64,000 nucleotides of DNA from Candidatus Hodarchaeota archaeon (GTDB lineage: Archaea > Asgardarchaeota > Heimdallarchaeia > Hodarchaeales > Hodarchaeaceae). This document shows, in pieces, positions 61,475-64,000 of this stretch. The notes below the pieces were generated by a model, which was not told the origin of the DNA, made no database searches, and worked only from the letters and a program-made list of their open reading frames with translations. Within the stretch, counting starts at the first letter, position 1. Each line of letters begins with the position of its first letter. Made by a program: the position numbers and the translations under genes. The stretch is from contig JAEOTC010000086.1 in assembly GCA_016840035.1 (NCBI GenBank), forward strand, positions 32,001 through 96,000. Direction: 5' to 3'.

Positions 61475-62407
61475 ATGGGTAATCAATTAGAAGGAAAATC
61501 AATATTAACGCTTTTAGATTTAACACCTGAGGAAATTCGTTTTTTATTAGATGAAGCAAAAGATTTCAAGAAGAATAGAGAGAGATACATTCAATCTCAA
61601 CCTTTAAAGGGAAAAACACTTGGAATGATCTTTCAGAAAAGATCTACAAGGACTCGTGTGTCAACAGAGACAGCTATGGCCGAGTTAGGAGGTCATGCGC
61701 TATTTCTAGGGAAAGACGATATCCAACTAGGCGTGAATGAATCATTATCGGATACTGCTATTGTTCTTGGACGTATGGTTTCTGCTGTTTTAGCACGAGT
61801 TTTTGACCATGAAACTGTAGAAACTCTTGCAAAGCACGCTAATGTTCCAGTTATTAATGCATTGTCTGACCAATTTCATCCTTTGCAAGGTTTGGCTGAT
61901 ATACTAACGATAGAAGAACATTTGGGAAAATTAAATAACGTAAACCTCGCATGGATTGGAGATGGGAACAACGTTTGCCATACTCTCATGATCGCATCAA
62001 TTAAAATGGGAATGAAGATGAGTGTTGGTACACCCATAGACTATATGCCTGACAATAGTGTAATTGAATATTGTAATTCAAATGCTTCATTTTCAGAACA
62101 GATAACCGTTACAAATGATCCAATTGCGGCAGTTACTGACGCGGATGTTGTTGTTACTGATACTTTCATCTCCATGGGACAGGAAACAGAGACAAAAATG
62201 AAATTGAAGAAATTTGACGGATTTCAAGTTAATCAAGACCTAGTAAAACATGCGTCAAAAGATTATATCTTTATGCATTGTCTCCCACGTCATAAAGAAG
62301 AAGTAGCTGACGATATTATCTATGGTGCTCATTCTGTTGTATTCGATGAAGCAGAAAACCGTTTACATACTGTTGCAGCAGTATTAAATAGCATAATCCA
62401 AAAATGA
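61475..62407 (+). CDS. argF: Ornithine carbamoyltransferase
   Basis: STRTR, HPLQ, GDGNNV, SMG, HCLP, EAENR. Confidence 0.95.
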   Translation: MGNQLEGKSILTLLDLTPEEIRFLLDEAKDFKKNRERYIQSQPLKGKTLGMIFQKRSTRTRVSTETAMAELGGHALFLGKDDIQLGVNESLSDTAIVLGRMVSAVLARVFDHETVETLAKHANVPVINALSDQFHPLQGLADILTIEEHLGKLNNVNLAWIGDGNNVCHTLMIASIKMGMKMSVGTPIDYMPDNSVIEYCNSNASFSEQITVTNDPIAAVTDADVVVTDTFISMGQETETKMKLKKFDGFQVNQDLVKHASKDYIFMHCLPRHKEEVADDIIYGAHSVVFDEAENRLHTVAAVLNSIIQK

Positions 62408-62510
62408 ATTCCTAACTATCAAAAATCAATTATTAAACGACAGATAATTAAGGGAATTAGTTATCCGAATCGAAGGATGGCTAGTTAAAGTACTAACAGA
62501 GGTTAAATAA

Positions 62511-63014
62511 GTGGTTAATACTCCAATATGCAATTTTTGTGCTAAAACTGGGGTGCTATGTAAGAAGTGTAAGCAGAAACTCCGTAAAAAGAAAATCAAC
62601 CAGCTAGATATAGAAATCTCTAAAGCATTTGCGAAAATTGAGTTACGTTTTGCCAAACAATTGCAAAATGTTACTTTCGAGAGAGCTCATAAGATGAATG
62701 GATCAGTGGTACTTTTAACAAGGAATGGACATGTGCTGATCGAGAATGAGGAAATACTGGACTATTTAGAAAGTGAACTAAGACAACCTATTGAAATAGT
62801 AGAAAGAAAAGGGGATACACGTACTACTTTTGCCCAATTCTTTTCTCCATTAGATATTGTGGAAATTGATCAGATCTTTGTACCACCCGAAGGCGATGTT
62901 GAGCTACGTATTACCTTAAATGGAAATCCAGATGACTTGAGGTTTCCATTAAATCAATTAGAGCAAATTGCAAAGCTAATCTCGAAAAATCCTGTGAGAA
63001 TCGAGATTCAATGA
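62511..63014 (+). CDS. Archaeal NusA-like KH protein with N-terminal Zn knuckle
   Basis: PICNFCAKTGVLCKKC, LDIEISK. Confidence 0.7.
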   Translation: MVNTPICNFCAKTGVLCKKCKQKLRKKKINQLDIEISKAFAKIELRFAKQLQNVTFERAHKMNGSVVLLTRNGHVLIENEEILDYLESELRQPIEIVERKGDTRTTFAQFFSPLDIVEIDQIFVPPEGDVELRITLNGNPDDLRFPLNQLEQIAKLISKNPVRIEIQ

Positions 63015-63087
63015 AAGAATAAAACTTCAAACTCGTTTACCAGCAGTTAATAACGCACACCAGTGATATTATTCTCCAAAGTACAGA

Positions 63088-63675
63088 TTACAGGAAGAAT
63101 AAAAAATCAGCAAGAGAAAAACCTATCATCTGTAAGAAACCTTGAATAAAACAAATAACTCCAATTGTTACCGAAATTATAGGGCTGGAGAGAAGTTCCG
63201 CGATGAGGAGATATAGATCCTCAATCATTCGGATTGATCCGTAAATAAGGAGAAATATTATGATAAAAACTCCTGCCATAATTTTAATCTGATTTGCTCC
63301 CAAAAAAACAAGAACTGCCGCACCGAGAAGGCCTAATGCCAATGATAGAAATGTCCCAAATCTAAAATTCTTGATTGGTCTCAAAATAAGGACAAGACCT
63401 AAAACTCCCAAACAGATTAGAGTCACTATATCAAAAGATGAGGGTAAACCTATTGGTTGATAATTAAGGTAAAATGCACTTCCTATCATTAGAAATGAGA
63501 TAATTCCGACGGGAAATCCTAGGAGAGCAACCTTTTCAGTGAGTGAAACTATTTCCTCAGAATCAGAAACTGAAGATAATCGAATCAATAACCATGAAGC
63601 GGCCACACAACCTCCCACTATTAGGAGGAGAAAATTCAAATCCACCAATAGGAATAATCCATCATCAAGTGCCAA
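63088..63675 (-). CDS. Integral membrane protein
   Basis: About six hydrophobic helices. Confidence 0.65.
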   Translation of the reverse strand: MALDDGLFLLVDLNFLLLIVGGCVAASWLLIRLSSVSDSEEIVSLTEKVALLGFPVGIISFLMIGSAFYLNYQPIGLPSSFDIVTLICLGVLGLVLILRPIKNFRFGTFLSLALGLLGAAVLVFLGANQIKIMAGVFIIIFLLIYGSIRMIEDLYLLIAELLSSPIISVTIGVICFIQGFLQMIGFSLADFLFFL

Positions 63676-63869
63676 AATTAATATTCTCCTTTGACCTAGA
63701 AGACTAGTTTTTTTGTCTTTGATCTGCTTAAAAATCCTTATACTTATAAAATTGCTGATTGGAGTACAAAAGAAAGCAAAGTCCTCCTTTTCTTAAACTC
63801 TCCTTCATGATTTCAAATTTAAATCAACTCTGATCCCTAATTTTTATCCCCAATCGACATTTCCTTAAT

Positions 63870-64000
63870 TTAGATTGGTTGCCATCCCACAAATATAAAG
63901 GAAAGAGCGAGATTTAAGAGTAAAACAAATAAGGCGAAATATTTTATCTTTGAATGTAGAGCTTTGTTGTTCTCTCCAAGAAAGAATGCAAGTAACTTAT
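63870..64000 (-). CDS. 3' end of a membrane protein truncated by the window edge
   Basis: Open frame KLLAFFLGENNKALHSKIKYFALFVLLLNLALSFIFVGWQPI*. Confidence 0.4.
   Translation of the reverse strand, partial: KLLAFFLGENNKALHSKIKYFALFVLLLNLALSFIFVGWQPI

Noticed and set aside
2173-62656. Numerous short antisense or overlapping ORFs in the track (e.g. 25495, 26552, 26844, 33118, 44155, 45071, 45186, 60144, 62426)
   Set aside because: Shadows of well-supported genes or AT-rich intergenic noise

Overview
AT-rich archaeal chromosomal segment. It carries PAN, aMBF1, Rpo11/Rpo12, aIF1, MetAP2, uS8/uL6 and BHB-type tRNA introns. The gene content and orphan coiled-coil/helical proteins suggest an Asgard archaeon, possibly Heimdall/Hodarchaeales-like (inference only). 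About 1-24 kb is accessory: a signal-peptide-bearing Hcp next to a CTERM-anchored protein, GNATs (one fused to an SSB-type OB fold), APH-like kinases, an orphan family-5 solute-binding protein overlapping a membrane-tethered wHTH gene with a shared 16-bp palindrome, a dNK-CYTH-MazG cluster, a HerA/VirB4-like ATPase, and SatD-DUF3307 with a 29-bp-periodic operator array. About 24-64 kb is mostly housekeeping, plus a B12 mutase with isobutyryl-CoA-mutase residues, a MoxR/DUF58 cluster with a 1712-aa surface protein, and a eukaryote-like OTC. Five tRNAs were found by eye. All are interrupted (7 introns, 6 non-canonical), including a triple-intron tRNA-Asn. No CRISPR, rRNA or transposase was seen. 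Family calls come from motif recognition, not database searches.
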